Below are positions 32,839 to 43,232 of a stretch of DNA of 64,000 nt, one piece after another. The position numbers and the translations under genes were made by a program. The notes under the pieces were generated by a model that had not been told where the DNA came from, ran no database searches, and was given only the letters and a program-made list of their open reading frames with translations. The DNA is from Nostoc sp. DedSLP01 (GTDB lineage Bacteria > Cyanobacteriota > Cyanobacteriia > Cyanobacteriales > Nostocaceae), in the NCBI GenBank assembly GCA_034530875.2, contig JAVRCJ020000021.1:32001-96000 (forward strand). The letters are read 5' to 3'. Positions within the stretch are counted from its first letter, which is position 1, and each line of letters starts with the position of its first letter.

Positions 32839-33540
32839 ATGGTTCTTGGTCGTAAATCAGCTGTTTCTACAAAGGATACTGGGTTTTGGCGAAATTCTAT
32901 CCTTTCTTTGGGGAGGCGACGACGTTCTGGACGTCTGGAACCAACAGCGCCCAGTGCTTCTGTCCTCGCTCCCCAAGCTGCACCAGTATCTTCTGTCAGA
33001 CGAAAGCGTTCTACAAAAAAATTATCCGTTTCTTCTGCAAATGAGGCAATTGTGCCCCAATCTACGAAAGAGTTGGGCAGACAAGTACTGCCAAATCTCA
33101 ATCACCAGTCGAATGAAACCTATAAGACTCAGGAGATAGGTTTCTCCAGTCTTCCTATCATGCCTGCTTCTGGAGCAACACCATTATGGTTGCTGCGTTT
33201 CTACGCTTTTCATCGTTGTTCGGCAGTTTTGGCATTTTTGTTAGTAGCTACAACTCTTGCGGTTTATGGTTGGACTGTATATTGTCAAGAGCTTTGGAGT
33301 CAGTCATATCGCAGACTACAGAACCTGCAACGTCACGAGCGACTATTAACGACAACTAACGCGACGCTAACAAACAAAATGGCACAGGAAGCAGAACAGC
33401 CAACAACAGGGCTGGTATCGCCAACTCCGGACAAGATGATTTTCTTACCTCCAGCATCTTCAACTCCTGAACCAGCTCCGTCTAATAGAAAATCAAATTC
33501 CCAAACGCAACAACAAACGCTCTCGCCACTGGGGTATTAA
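32839..33540 (+). CDS. FtsL-like single-TM coiled-coil protein upstream of ftsI
   Basis: Basic N-region, TM, LQNLQRHERLL coil; position before a class B PBP. Confidence 0.65.
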   Translation: MVLGRKSAVSTKDTGFWRNSILSLGRRRRSGRLEPTAPSASVLAPQAAPVSSVRRKRSTKKLSVSSANEAIVPQSTKELGRQVLPNLNHQSNETYKTQEIGFSSLPIMPASGATPLWLLRFYAFHRCSAVLAFLLVATTLAVYGWTVYCQELWSQSYRRLQNLQRHERLLTTTNATLTNKMAQEAEQPTTGLVSPTPDKMIFLPPASSTPEPAPSNRKSNSQTQQQTLSPLGY

Positions 33541-33561
33541 GCGATAAGGGGGAAGGGGTAA

Positions 33562-33664
33562 GGGGCAGGAGGCAGGAGGCAGGAGGCAGGAGGCAGGAGG
33601 CAGGAGGCAGGAGGCAGGGGGCAGGGAAAACTAATGACTAATGACTAATGACTAAAATGACTAA
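33562..33664. repeat. Composite STRR (GAGGCAG)n + (TAATGAC)n
   Basis: Tandem heptamers in the intergenic gap before ftsI. Confidence 0.85.
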
Positions 33665-33676
33665 GGGACAAATCCA

Positions 33677-35515
33677 ATGCAAAAGTCACCAAGTAAAACA
33701 AAATTCCCAAAGTTTCGCCCAGAATCCACAAGGCGGCAGAGGGGTTCTAGAGGCAGGTTTTTTGGGAAATTAGCTTCTAATATCCAAGAGCAAGCATCCA
33801 ATACCAAATCCCGGCTGTTTCTTGTCTGGGGCGTATTAATAGCAGCAGGGTTGGGATTGAGCGTTAAGTTGTATAGCCTGCAAATTACTCAAGGGGCAAA
33901 GTTAACACAGCAGGCACGAAACCAGCAAATGGTAAATTTGCGACCTTTTATGCCGCGTCGTCCGGTGCTCGATCGCAATAATAATGTGTTGGCGATTGAC
34001 CGTCCTGTATACACTTTATACGCTCATCCAAAGCTGTTTGATAAGCCTAATGAAGAAGTAGCAGAGCTGCTTTCCCCAATATTGGCCAAAGATACTCCTG
34101 AGTTGGTGAAGACTTTTGAAGGCAAAAAAAGCGGTATCGTACTTGCGCCAGCGATACCGGAAGAAATTGTCGATCGCATTACTTCTTTGCGCTTAAATGG
34201 CTTAGAGTTAATTCAAAAATATTCCCGCTATTACCCTTCAGACGATTTGGTTGCTGATGTGGTCGGCTACGTGAATGTTGACCGTCGCGGTCAGGCTGGT
34301 GTGGAATATTCTCAAGAGAAGTTACTAGAACGCTACGTACAAACGGTGCGCCTCAGCCGAACGGGTACTGGCGCCATAATGCCAGACCGTGCCCCTGAAG
34401 GTTTTTTACATTTTGATGATTTGCGACTGCAACTGACTATTGATAGCCGTTTGCAACGAATTGCCCGCGCTGCCCTCAAGCAAAAAATGGACGAGTTTAA
34501 GGCCAAACGCGGGGCGGTAATTGTTATGGATGCATTGGATGGTTCTTTACTCGCCCTGGTTTCTCAGCCTACTTATAACCCTAATGAATACGCCAAAGCT
34601 AATATTTCACTGTTTAAAAACTGGACGGTGGCGGATCTTTACGAACCGGGATCGACTTTTAAGCCTTTGAATGTGGCGATCGCTTTGGAAAATAATGTTA
34701 TTAAACCAGATGATATTTTTAATGACTCCGGTTCTATTCGCGTAGCTAATTACACCATTAAAAATGCGATGAACAATGGTTACGGGCCTCTCAGCATCGC
34801 TCAAATCCTGCAAAATTCCAGCAACATTGGCATGGTGCAAATTATCCAGCGATTAAAACCTGCAATCTACTACAACTGGCTAGAACGTTTGGGACTAGGA
34901 CAAAAAGTTGATACAGATTTACCTTTTGAAGTCGGCGGTCGCCTCAAAAGTCAAGAAGAATTTATCGCCTCGCCCATTGAACCAGCTACTACTTCCTTCG
35001 GTCAAGGCTTTTCCATGACGCCAATACAGTTGGTGCAAATGCATGGCGCTTTAGCCAATGGCGGTAAATTAGTTACGCCCCATGTAGTCCGCGGTCTGAT
35101 TGATACCAAAGGACAGATGCACGATTCGCCAGCCCGCACTATCCCACGCCAAATTTTCTCAGCCGCAACAGCTCAAAAGGTCGTGGAAATGATGGAAACT
35201 GTTGTATCTGAAGGCACTGGGAAGGTATCGCAAATTCCCGGCTATCGCATCGCTGGTAAAACCGGTACTGCCCAAAAAGCGAGTCCCAATGGTGGTTACA
35301 TTAAGGGCGCGAGAATCACTAGTTTTGTCGCTATTTTACCGGTAGAATCACCCCGCTATGTAGTGTTTGCATTAGTGGATGAACCAAAAGGAGAAAATGC
35401 TTATGGTTCTACAGTCGCCGCGCCAATTGTCAAGTCGGTGATTGAAGCGCTAATTCCTCTAGAAGAGATTCCGCCAAGTAAAGCAATTGAAGAACAAAAG
35501 CAACCGAATAATTAA
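33677..35515 (+). CDS. ftsI: Class B penicillin-binding protein (FtsI/PBP3)
   Basis: EPGSTFK (SxxK), SSN (SxN), KTGT; N-terminal TM and dimerisation domain. Confidence 0.88.
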   Translation: MQKSPSKTKFPKFRPESTRRQRGSRGRFFGKLASNIQEQASNTKSRLFLVWGVLIAAGLGLSVKLYSLQITQGAKLTQQARNQQMVNLRPFMPRRPVLDRNNNVLAIDRPVYTLYAHPKLFDKPNEEVAELLSPILAKDTPELVKTFEGKKSGIVLAPAIPEEIVDRITSLRLNGLELIQKYSRYYPSDDLVADVVGYVNVDRRGQAGVEYSQEKLLERYVQTVRLSRTGTGAIMPDRAPEGFLHFDDLRLQLTIDSRLQRIARAALKQKMDEFKAKRGAVIVMDALDGSLLALVSQPTYNPNEYAKANISLFKNWTVADLYEPGSTFKPLNVAIALENNVIKPDDIFNDSGSIRVANYTIKNAMNNGYGPLSIAQILQNSSNIGMVQIIQRLKPAIYYNWLERLGLGQKVDTDLPFEVGGRLKSQEEFIASPIEPATTSFGQGFSMTPIQLVQMHGALANGGKLVTPHVVRGLIDTKGQMHDSPARTIPRQIFSAATAQKVVEMMETVVSEGTGKVSQIPGYRIAGKTGTAQKASPNGGYIKGARITSFVAILPVESPRYVVFALVDEPKGENAYGSTVAAPIVKSVIEALIPLEEIPPSKAIEEQKQPNN

Positions 35516-35755
35516 AGAAGTCGCAAGTCGCAAGTACAGTTTTGTAATGGGGATTTAGACCCCACCACAAAACTGACCGGTTATAGAACCGGGGGACAAA
35601 AAAGCCCAGAATTTGGTTAATAAACAATATTCAATGCCTAATATTCTCCTGCAAGAGAACTCCAAAAAATAAATTATTCCAATTTCTAGACTCAATACAA
35701 CTGTTTTTCTCCCCTGCTCCCCTGCTCCCCTGCCCTTCTACCCCCCTGCCATATA

Positions 35756-36871
35756 TCAATCTTCAGGTGAGGTATGAGGTTTGCCCTTAAACGCTGCCAA
35801 TAAAATTAGAAGACCGCCGAATGACAAAATAGGAATGCCTGAAGTTGGTTCGGTTACAGAGACGGATGAAATTGGCGTCAAGAGGAAGGCGCGTAATTCA
35901 CCATTAACTGCGCCACGACCGACAATTTGGCCTTTGTTATTAATGGCAGATGCTGCTGTCAAAGTAAAGCCAGGGTTTGAACCGGGAGCAATCAGGTCGT
36001 TTAAGTCGTACAGAGTATTATCGCTATAAAGAAAAGCCCGCAAACCGTTGCTATCTGTGGTAAAAAAGTCATTGTTATTGCCAGAAAAACCGACTACTTG
36101 ACCCAAATTATTGATTCCCAGACCAACACTGAAGGAATCTGTAGGGCGTAATCTGCCGAGGTCTTGGAGTCCTGTGGTGGAACTGTATAGAAAAGCACGA
36201 CCATCATTTATATCGCTGAGTCCGGAAGTACCAACTACTTGCCCTAAGTCATTAATATTATTTGCTGTGCTGTAGTTGTCACTGGGCAAAGTTCCCAAGT
36301 TAGTAGTTTGGCCGTTTTGGTAGAGAAAAGCTCTGTTTGAATTGAGAATGCCTACTACTTGTCCTGAATTATTTAAATTGTAGGCACCAGCACCAGGAAT
36401 TCCGATGCTGGTGGCGACACCATTGCTATACAAAAAAGCCCCTAGTCCGGTCGATCCTCCTACTATTTGGGTGCGATCGTTAATGCCATAAGGAATAGCA
36501 TTTTCGATCGCCAGGGGTTGGGTGATGCCATTGCTGTAGAGAAAAGGGTTATTTGTAAAGTTTGCACCGACCGAATTACCAACTACTTGCCCTAAGTTAT
36601 TGATACCAGTTACTCCAAGTTCGTTATCGCCGGGTAAGGGACTAATTGTTTTGACGGAACCGTTGCTGTAAAAAAAAGAACTGTTTAAAGAATTAATGGC
36701 TACCTCACCTGAGTCATTGATATCGGTAGCATAACTGTAAGTTTCTCCTGTAAGACTACCTAAGTCAGTAAGGGAGTATAGAGATGCTGCAAATGCCGAC
36801 TTAGATCCAGTAAAAGCGATCGCAGTTAAGGTGACTGCTGTTACACAGGCTTTCCACTTCAGTAAAACCAT
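35756..36871 (-). CDS. Secreted HAF-repeat protein with a PEP-CTERM-like tail
   Basis: Signal peptide; repeated GINNLGQVVG...RAFLY...DLG; C-terminal VTEP + TM + basic residues. Confidence 0.85.
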   Translation of the reverse strand: MVLLKWKACVTAVTLTAIAFTGSKSAFAASLYSLTDLGSLTGETYSYATDINDSGEVAINSLNSSFFYSNGSVKTISPLPGDNELGVTGINNLGQVVGNSVGANFTNNPFLYSNGITQPLAIENAIPYGINDRTQIVGGSTGLGAFLYSNGVATSIGIPGAGAYNLNNSGQVVGILNSNRAFLYQNGQTTNLGTLPSDNYSTANNINDLGQVVGTSGLSDINDGRAFLYSSTTGLQDLGRLRPTDSFSVGLGINNLGQVVGFSGNNNDFFTTDSNGLRAFLYSDNTLYDLNDLIAPGSNPGFTLTAASAINNKGQIVGRGAVNGELRAFLLTPISSVSVTEPTSGIPILSFGGLLILLAAFKGKPHTSPED

Positions 36872-37056
36872 GTTCTTTTTCTCTGATTTGGCATTACATC
36901 CTAAATTATTACTGAAGAGATACCCTGTCTCTAATTCGTTTTTAGGCTTAATCTTTCTTTATAACCAGGGAAAGAGGTAGAGAACATTACTCGTGTGGGA
37001 ACTTATGTATTAGAAGTGAATCTGATTTTTCACTGTTTAAAGTTACTGAAGATTCC

Positions 37057-38160
37057 ATGCAAAGCAATATAGCTATATTTTCTAACACTGAGGCTGAAAA
37101 AAAGAGTACGCAAAAACAAACAACAGTTACCAATTACGAACGTGCCGAGCAGCAATTTATAGAACTGCTAGCAACAGAGGATTTGGACAATTTACTGGAT
37201 ATAAAACCTGCAAAAGCGAGTGAGTTTCAACAGACGCTTTCTATGGCAATTCGCGCTGCTTATGGAAGCGATCGCTCTGACGAACAAGCTCACCTCTTTG
37301 TTCAGCGGATACTTTATCGAATTAATCGGCGAAACTTGTTTTGGTACGATGATTTGCATAATTATTCCAACGAGCGATCGCTTTATTTGTACTTATGCCG
37401 CGACCAAATTGAAGCTGCTTGGCAAAAGTGGGAACTTGCACAATTAGATGTGGCTGCAATACAAAAATTGGACGCCAAACAGGCTTTGATTGAGCGTGTA
37501 TCTGCCGATTTAGATCCGCAATTATCGCCAAGCAGCCGCTATATCTGTGAAGAAATGACGGAAGCTGGCTATCGCCATTTACTAGCGATCGGCTCTTTTG
37601 ATGGCTTGGTTGAAGCTAGCAATCTCTCCCGGGTTTTGGGTGGTGCTGCTAATGAAGTGCAGTGTACGCTGGTGCGGGTACTACTAGAGGAATACGGCAA
37701 CGGTCGCTTATCTCGCAAGCACTCGACATTTTTTGCCCAAATGTTATCTGAGTTTGGGATGAAAACTGAACCAGAAGCGTATTTTGATTTAGTACCTTGG
37801 GAAGTTTTGGCTTCAACCAATCATAACTTTCTCATGACCGAGCGCAAACGCTATTTCCTGCGTTATGGCGGGGGATTGACCTTTTTTGAAGTGGCTGGGC
37901 CAGCAGTTTATAAAAATTATCTTGTGGCAGCACAACGGCTGGGACTTTCTGATGTTGCAGTGGGTTATTGGGAACTGCACATTCGAGAAGACGAACGCCA
38001 CGGTCGTTGGATGTTAGATGATGTAGCTTTGCCTTTGGTAGAACGATATCCTGATGATGCCTGGGAATTAGTATTAGGGTACGACCAGCAAAAATTCATA
38101 GGCGATCGCGCTGCTGTTGCTGTTGTACGAGCAATACGCCAAGCAGAACAAACTGCCTGA
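37057..38160 (+). CDS. Iron-containing redox enzyme (heme-oxygenase-like diiron oxidase)
   Basis: EEYGNG...KH, FEV, HIREDERH candidate metal ligands in a helical protein. Confidence 0.8.
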   Translation: MQSNIAIFSNTEAEKKSTQKQTTVTNYERAEQQFIELLATEDLDNLLDIKPAKASEFQQTLSMAIRAAYGSDRSDEQAHLFVQRILYRINRRNLFWYDDLHNYSNERSLYLYLCRDQIEAAWQKWELAQLDVAAIQKLDAKQALIERVSADLDPQLSPSSRYICEEMTEAGYRHLLAIGSFDGLVEASNLSRVLGGAANEVQCTLVRVLLEEYGNGRLSRKHSTFFAQMLSEFGMKTEPEAYFDLVPWEVLASTNHNFLMTERKRYFLRYGGGLTFFEVAGPAVYKNYLVAAQRLGLSDVAVGYWELHIREDERHGRWMLDDVALPLVERYPDDAWELVLGYDQQKFIGDRAAVAVVRAIRQAEQTA

Positions 38161-38374
38161 TTCACCTAAGAAATCGCAAAATTAAAAATTCAAAAATAGC
38201 AAATATTTTCTAGCATTTTAATTTGGCATTTTTCAGCCATTTTAGTGCTAATTCATCATCCAAAATAATTTCTTTAGCAAATTAATTTGCTAAAGAAACA
38301 CTTTTTACTGCTTATATCTAAGCTAGTAATATTAACCCTCAACTAACCATACATTATTATCGAGTTAAAGTCAA

Positions 38375-39070
38375 ATGAAAGATATCTTTTTTTGCCCTGA
38401 AGAATCTAATTTTTACTCCAACTGCTTAGAAAATTTTGTCATCAGAAATAGTCAAGATTACAAATCGGTAGTTGAATTTGGTTCTGGGGATGGTAGTCCT
38501 GTAATTAATTCTTTGTTGAGAAATAAGTTTGATGGAGTAATTCAGGGATTTGAATTAAATACTTCTGCATGGAAAGCTGCAAATTTAACTATTGATGAAT
38601 ACAAGCTCAGCGATAAATATATAATCCACAATTCATCTTTGTTTGAATCTTCCCAACCTGAAGCAGAGTATCTTGTGGCTAATCCGCCATATCTCCCTGC
38701 ACCTGATAATGATATATATATGCCACTCTTATTCGGTGGTGAAGATGGAGCAACAATTACTAACGAGCTTTTGACGTTAGGTTATGAAAATGTGTTGCTT
38801 TTAGTATCTAGCTATTCTAATCCTACAAGTACGCTCAAACTAGCAAAAGAATATGGTTATTGCGTAGATAAATTTATAGTTTTGCCTTTGCAATTCGGCT
38901 ACTATAGCTCTGAACCTAAAGTCAAGAACCACATAGAAAATTTACGTAAAAATAAAATGGCATTTTATTCGGGAAATTATTATTTTTTAGCTGGTGTTTT
39001 ATTTAAAAAGCATCAAGAACCGCAAGTTGATTTATCTCATGAATTAGCACATATCATGACTAGTTTATAA
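38375..39070 (+). CDS. Class I SAM-dependent methyltransferase with NPPY motif
   Basis: VEFGSGDG (motif I) and VANPPY. Confidence 0.82.
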   Translation: MKDIFFCPEESNFYSNCLENFVIRNSQDYKSVVEFGSGDGSPVINSLLRNKFDGVIQGFELNTSAWKAANLTIDEYKLSDKYIIHNSSLFESSQPEAEYLVANPPYLPAPDNDIYMPLLFGGEDGATITNELLTLGYENVLLLVSSYSNPTSTLKLAKEYGYCVDKFIVLPLQFGYYSSEPKVKNHIENLRKNKMAFYSGNYYFLAGVLFKKHQEPQVDLSHELAHIMTSL

Positions 39071-39336
39071 ACAAAATTCAAAATGTTTATTACTGTTGTT
39101 GCAGTAACGATGTCTACGAAAGACTACGCTCAATCTTTCTAGTTCTGACTCTGCAACTTCAGCACGTTGGCATTGTAATTGAACTTTGTCTTTTCTCTCC
39201 CCTTGGCTCGTTTTTTACTTGAAAGTCTCTAATTGCTTTCCCGATTATATTCCGTATTTATACAGAGTTCTTCTTTATCAAATTTTTGTTGAATCATAAT
39301 AGAGCTTAAGAGTCTTACGATCGGGATTGCTTTAAA

Positions 39337-40023
39337 ATGTATCAAATTGACCCACCGCGATCGCCAAAAGATGTGTTGCCGACCATGTACGATCTTCCCA
39401 GCAAAGATCCTAACGAGCCTGGTTTGCTCGATCGCTTTCATCAGTTGCAACCTCGTCTGTTAAACGAAACCTTTTGTCCGCAAAATTACCCTAGTGACAA
39501 GATATTTGTTGCTAGCAATTTGAATCTTTATTACGATCCGCGCCATCATAACTGGCACAAGCAGCCAGATTGGTTTGCTGTGTTGGGTGTTTCCCGTCTC
39601 TACGAACAGCGGGATTTACGCTTAAGCTATGTCATTTGGCAAGAGGGAGTCGATCCTTTTATCGTGGTTGAGTTGCTGTCTCCCAGCACTGAAAAAGAAG
39701 ATTTAGGGCAAACATTGCGCGATATCGAACAACCGCCAGGAAAATGGGAAGTTTACGAGCAGATTCTCCGAGTTCCTTATTATGTAGTATTCGATCGCGA
39801 TCGAGATCGGTTTAGAGTGTTTAAGTTAAATGGTGCGCGTTATGCTGAAGTGACACTTTCAGAGTCGCGTTTCTGGATACCAGAGTTGCAATTAGGCTTA
39901 GGTGTATGGCAAGGACGCTATCAAGATATAGAACAGCCTTGGTTACGCTGGTACGATTGGACGGGTTGCTGGATATTGACTGCTACAGAACAAAACAAGC
40001 AACGCGCTGAATCAGAAAAATAA
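39337..40023 (+). CDS. Uma2 (DUF820) family PD-(D/E)xK protein; C-terminal tail appears degraded
   Basis: LPTMYDLPS, PDWFAV, VELLSPST, WLRWYD. Confidence 0.88.
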   Translation: MYQIDPPRSPKDVLPTMYDLPSKDPNEPGLLDRFHQLQPRLLNETFCPQNYPSDKIFVASNLNLYYDPRHHNWHKQPDWFAVLGVSRLYEQRDLRLSYVIWQEGVDPFIVVELLSPSTEKEDLGQTLRDIEQPPGKWEVYEQILRVPYYVVFDRDRDRFRVFKLNGARYAEVTLSESRFWIPELQLGLGVWQGRYQDIEQPWLRWYDWTGCWILTATEQNKQRAESEK

Positions 40024-40079
40024 CTTTTTCAAAGGTCGATGGCATTGAACCCGATGTAGATTAATTTTTAGCGAGATAG

Positions 40080-40283
40080 CTATTCGGGCTTTTTGTGCCA
40101 ATGTCCATCGTCGCCTTTTTCGTAATCGCGCTTGACTGCACTCCAAGCAACACGAAAAGCACTTTCTTCTTTACCATACTCTTCTAGAGCGCTGTTAAAA
40201 GCAGCCCGAAAAATTTCTTGGGCGTGTTTTGGTAAGTTATCTTTTACTGAATCTGGTAAATCTTCAATTTGTTGATAAGGCAT
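40080..40283 (-). CDS. chaB: ChaB family protein
   Basis: MPYQQIEDLPDSVKDNLPKHAQEIFRAAFNSA...VAWSAVKRDY. Confidence 0.9.
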   Translation of the reverse strand: MPYQQIEDLPDSVKDNLPKHAQEIFRAAFNSALEEYGKEESAFRVAWSAVKRDYEKGDDGHWHKKPE

Positions 40284-40751
40284 AAATCATGATTAATTTG
40301 TAAGTAAGGATTCAGGAGTCAGGATTCAGGAGTCAGAATAATTAAAGAATCATACCAAGCTTTGATTAATATCTTAATTCTACTGAAATTATTATAAATT
40401 CTGAGTTTTGAACGGCAGTTGCTTTATGCCGGGAAACCCATCCACCGCACTACCTCCTCCTGAGTGCTGAATTCTTAGATTTGTAATTCAATAAATATTG
40501 AGTATGGTGGCGCGATCGGACTAATAAATTGATAAAGAAAGTCTTCATTCAATATTTTAGTCTTATCGCGCCAATGAGATATTTACCTAGTTTAAAACTG
40601 TGAATTTAAACTCAGGTAATAAGCATTTTCATGCTACTCTAAAGATTTTTTCTTAGCTATTGGTTATTAGCTATTCAAAAATGACAAACACAAAGAATTA
40701 ATTTTTTAAACAAGGTACAATTTCATCGACCTTATTGAAAGGTGATAGTAC

Positions 40752-41195
40752 CTAAAAACTAATTTTTTGTGGCTTAAAACTTGATACACTATCCCAATAG
40801 TTAACCTCCCGAATGTTAACTTTGAGCAAAGCAATATTACTTTCATCCAGCCCTTTAGGAAACCAAGTTTGCAGTTCGGGTTTCCATAATTCTCGCATCT
40901 TGTTGCGGTCTGTTACAAGTTGCGAGCTACCTGAAATAGAAACGAAACGTTGCTGTTCGGGTGACACGAAGGTGACATTGACTTGTGGATAGTTTTCAAC
41001 TTCAGTAACCTTATGAGAATCTGCATAGGTAAAGAACCAAAGTGTGGCGTCAGAGCTAATATCGCCACTCCTTGACATAGGATAACTATGCAGACTGCCA
41101 TCGCTATCTACTGTGGTGAACATTCCATAATCAATATTTTTGATTAGTTCGCGCAACTTTCCAATCTCTTGTCCGCGTTCTGTAGAAGTTGTCAT
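40752..41195 (-). CDS. Pyridoxamine 5'-phosphate oxidase-like general stress protein
   Basis: MFTT..DGSLHSYPM, LWFFT, FVSISG, WFPKG, YWD. Confidence 0.85.
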   Translation of the reverse strand: MTTSTERGQEIGKLRELIKNIDYGMFTTVDSDGSLHSYPMSRSGDISSDATLWFFTYADSHKVTEVENYPQVNVTFVSPEQQRFVSISGSSQLVTDRNKMRELWKPELQTWFPKGLDESNIALLKVNIREVNYWDSVSSFKPQKISF

Positions 41196-41462
41196 TGGCT
41201 GTACTCTTTGCTATTGTATTTTTGAGAATGTAACTTTTGATTACAACCAGATTTCCAAGTGGGAACCTCTTTTTTAATTTTAAAGTTTTTAGTTTTAATT
41301 ACCTGAGTCTAGAGGTTGACTTATACTAACTGATTAACTCTTTTAGTTATATCCAAAGAGATATTATTTAAGAATAAGATGTAACTGTAAGCTGCTTATG
41401 ATGTAAGCTCTGTGTTAGCAAGAATCTGACGATAACAAAGTGATTTATGCGCTTCTTTCTTG

Positions 41463-41638
41463 AGAGGTTGTTTTAAAAGTAGTTGGTTGTGATTTTAATC
41501 ACATTTTTACCTCCCTTAATCCTCCCTTGGAAAGAGGGGGAGACTAGATAATCCAGTTCCCTCCCTTTTCCAAGGGGAGGATTAAGGCGGGGTAAACAAA
41601 TATTTGATACACTACTACAGACTTTTCAAACATCCTCT
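41463..41638. mobile_element. MITE-like element with 18-bp imperfect TIRs and an internal GC-rich hairpin
   Basis: AGAGGTTGTTTTAAAAGT ... ACTTTTCAAACATCCTCT. Confidence 0.7.
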
Positions 41639-41859
41639 GAGATAGATTTTTTGGATTTGCACTCAATTTAAATTAATTATGTAATTTTAGACTGATGAAT
41701 CTAGCCATTAGCTTAACTGCGTTTAAATTGTCAGGGCTATCTTGGAAGTCTAATTCAGCTGTGTTGTGACTTTTATAATTAAATTTCACGAAATACAATT
41801 ATTATCTAATTTTAGAATTGCGTAGGCTAACAAAGAGCGTAGGCATCGCGCCCTAAAAA

Positions 41860-42417
41860 TTAAACTAATTCTGCTTCTTCAAATATCTGCTTTGTTGTTA
41901 ATTCCAAACCTGGGAGTATCGTATCTACAATGGGCGTATCATCCGTATAAACTTGAATTGATCCATCAGACAGAAAAACTCTAATACTCATAACTTCTGG
42001 ATCTATCACCCAAACTCTAGGCACGCCCGCAGTTAAATAATCCTTCGCTTTCTCTTCAAATTCCGTTATTGTCTGGTCTGGAGAGATAATTTCAATTACC
42101 AATTCTGGAATTGCCGGACAAGCTTCATTAAGCTTCCAACTTTTGGGTAAACGTTCGTAAGATATGTATGTCAAATCTGGTAAAGGTGCCCAATCTTTAC
42201 CTTGAAGTTTTAAAAGAATCGCCCACTCTGCACATACTCTACCTTTGCCTTTGCACCATGTATGAATGAGGATTAGTAAGGCAGCTTGTAAAGCTGAATG
42301 GAAAAATTTTGGAGACACTTTAGGGACTGCTTGGCCATCAACAAACTCATAGTATACATCTCCTTCTGGAAGGCTTAGAAACTCTTTTAAAGTAAGTTGA
42401 CCTGTTATGTTAACCAT
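41860..42417 (-). CDS. Uma2 (DUF820) family protein
   Basis: LTLKEFL, YEFVDG, PDL, PELVIEIISP, YLTAGVPRVWVIDP. Confidence 0.9.
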   Translation of the reverse strand: MVNITGQLTLKEFLSLPEGDVYYEFVDGQAVPKVSPKFFHSALQAALLILIHTWCKGKGRVCAEWAILLKLQGKDWAPLPDLTYISYERLPKSWKLNEACPAIPELVIEIISPDQTITEFEEKAKDYLTAGVPRVWVIDPEVMSIRVFLSDGSIQVYTDDTPIVDTILPGLELTTKQIFEEAELV

Positions 42418-42641
42418 AAGCTGTATAAGATAGTGGCTAATACACATATCCTACATGGGAAACAGTAGGTGTGGTATGGCTGTTAAATCTTATATGAAAC
42501 CAAAGCAGCAGGCGACGGTGTTATCAAGCTCAATCAAACTTAACTGCAATTGGTGTCTTGTGTCTGCCCCCAAAAATCCCCTTTCTTCGCGGATAAGCGT
42601 ACACCAGACACCGCTAGACACCAGCTAATTTATCACTTTGC

Positions 42642-43232
42642 TCATCTTACCGATCTATTGTTGTGCTTGATAATTTTAATTAGATACACTCCTGTAATAG
42701 CTCCGTTGAGCATACCGAATAATAATCCATAAGCAAATACTCCTATAACAAAATTGTTAGTAAAAATAGTTTTCCATAATGTAAAACTACCTATAAAACC
42801 ACCTAAAGTCCAGCCTAGAGTACTAGCTAATATCCAGCTTGTTCGTAGGTGAAATAGAGAAACATATCTTCTTAAAAAGAACCACTGTTGCACTCCAGCG
42901 AGCAAACCTCCAAAGGCCCCACTAATGGAGTAAGAAAAGACTGCACAGATATTAAAACTATTTGTGTAATGATTACACCAATCACTAAAGCCGCTGTTAA
43001 TTGCTAATTTTCCACCCATTAATCCATATAAGATAATACCAGCAACATTAGTTAATATCCACCATCTGCTTAGTCCAATAATTTGCTTTCTTAATATTAA
43101 CCATTGGGCTATTCCCGGCACTAATGGAGTAATAAAAAAGGTTTGGAATGAAAGAAGACCTATAAAGAAGCTAAAAGCATTTGCAAATACCCACTGCATC
43201 CAAAAATCATAATCGTTTTGATAAGTTTGCAT
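42642..43232 (-). CDS. Hypothetical multi-pass membrane protein
   Basis: Several TM helices, duplicated QW(L/F)xLR motif. Confidence 0.7.
   Translation of the reverse strand: MQTYQNDYDFWMQWVFANAFSFFIGLLSFQTFFITPLVPGIAQWLILRKQIIGLSRWWILTNVAGIILYGLMGGKLAINSGFSDWCNHYTNSFNICAVFSYSISGAFGGLLAGVQQWFFLRRYVSLFHLRTSWILASTLGWTLGGFIGSFTLWKTIFTNNFVIGVFAYGLLFGMLNGAITGVYLIKIIKHNNRSVR

Noticed and set aside
37057..39070. Guanitoxin- or fluopsin-like toxin cluster
   Set aside because: Only a diiron oxidase and one methyltransferase are present; no PLP enzymes, kinase or lyases are nearby.
39337..42417. Uma2 genes as a restriction or defence system
   Set aside because: Highly expanded family in cyanobacteria; no cognate methylase or defence partners are evident.
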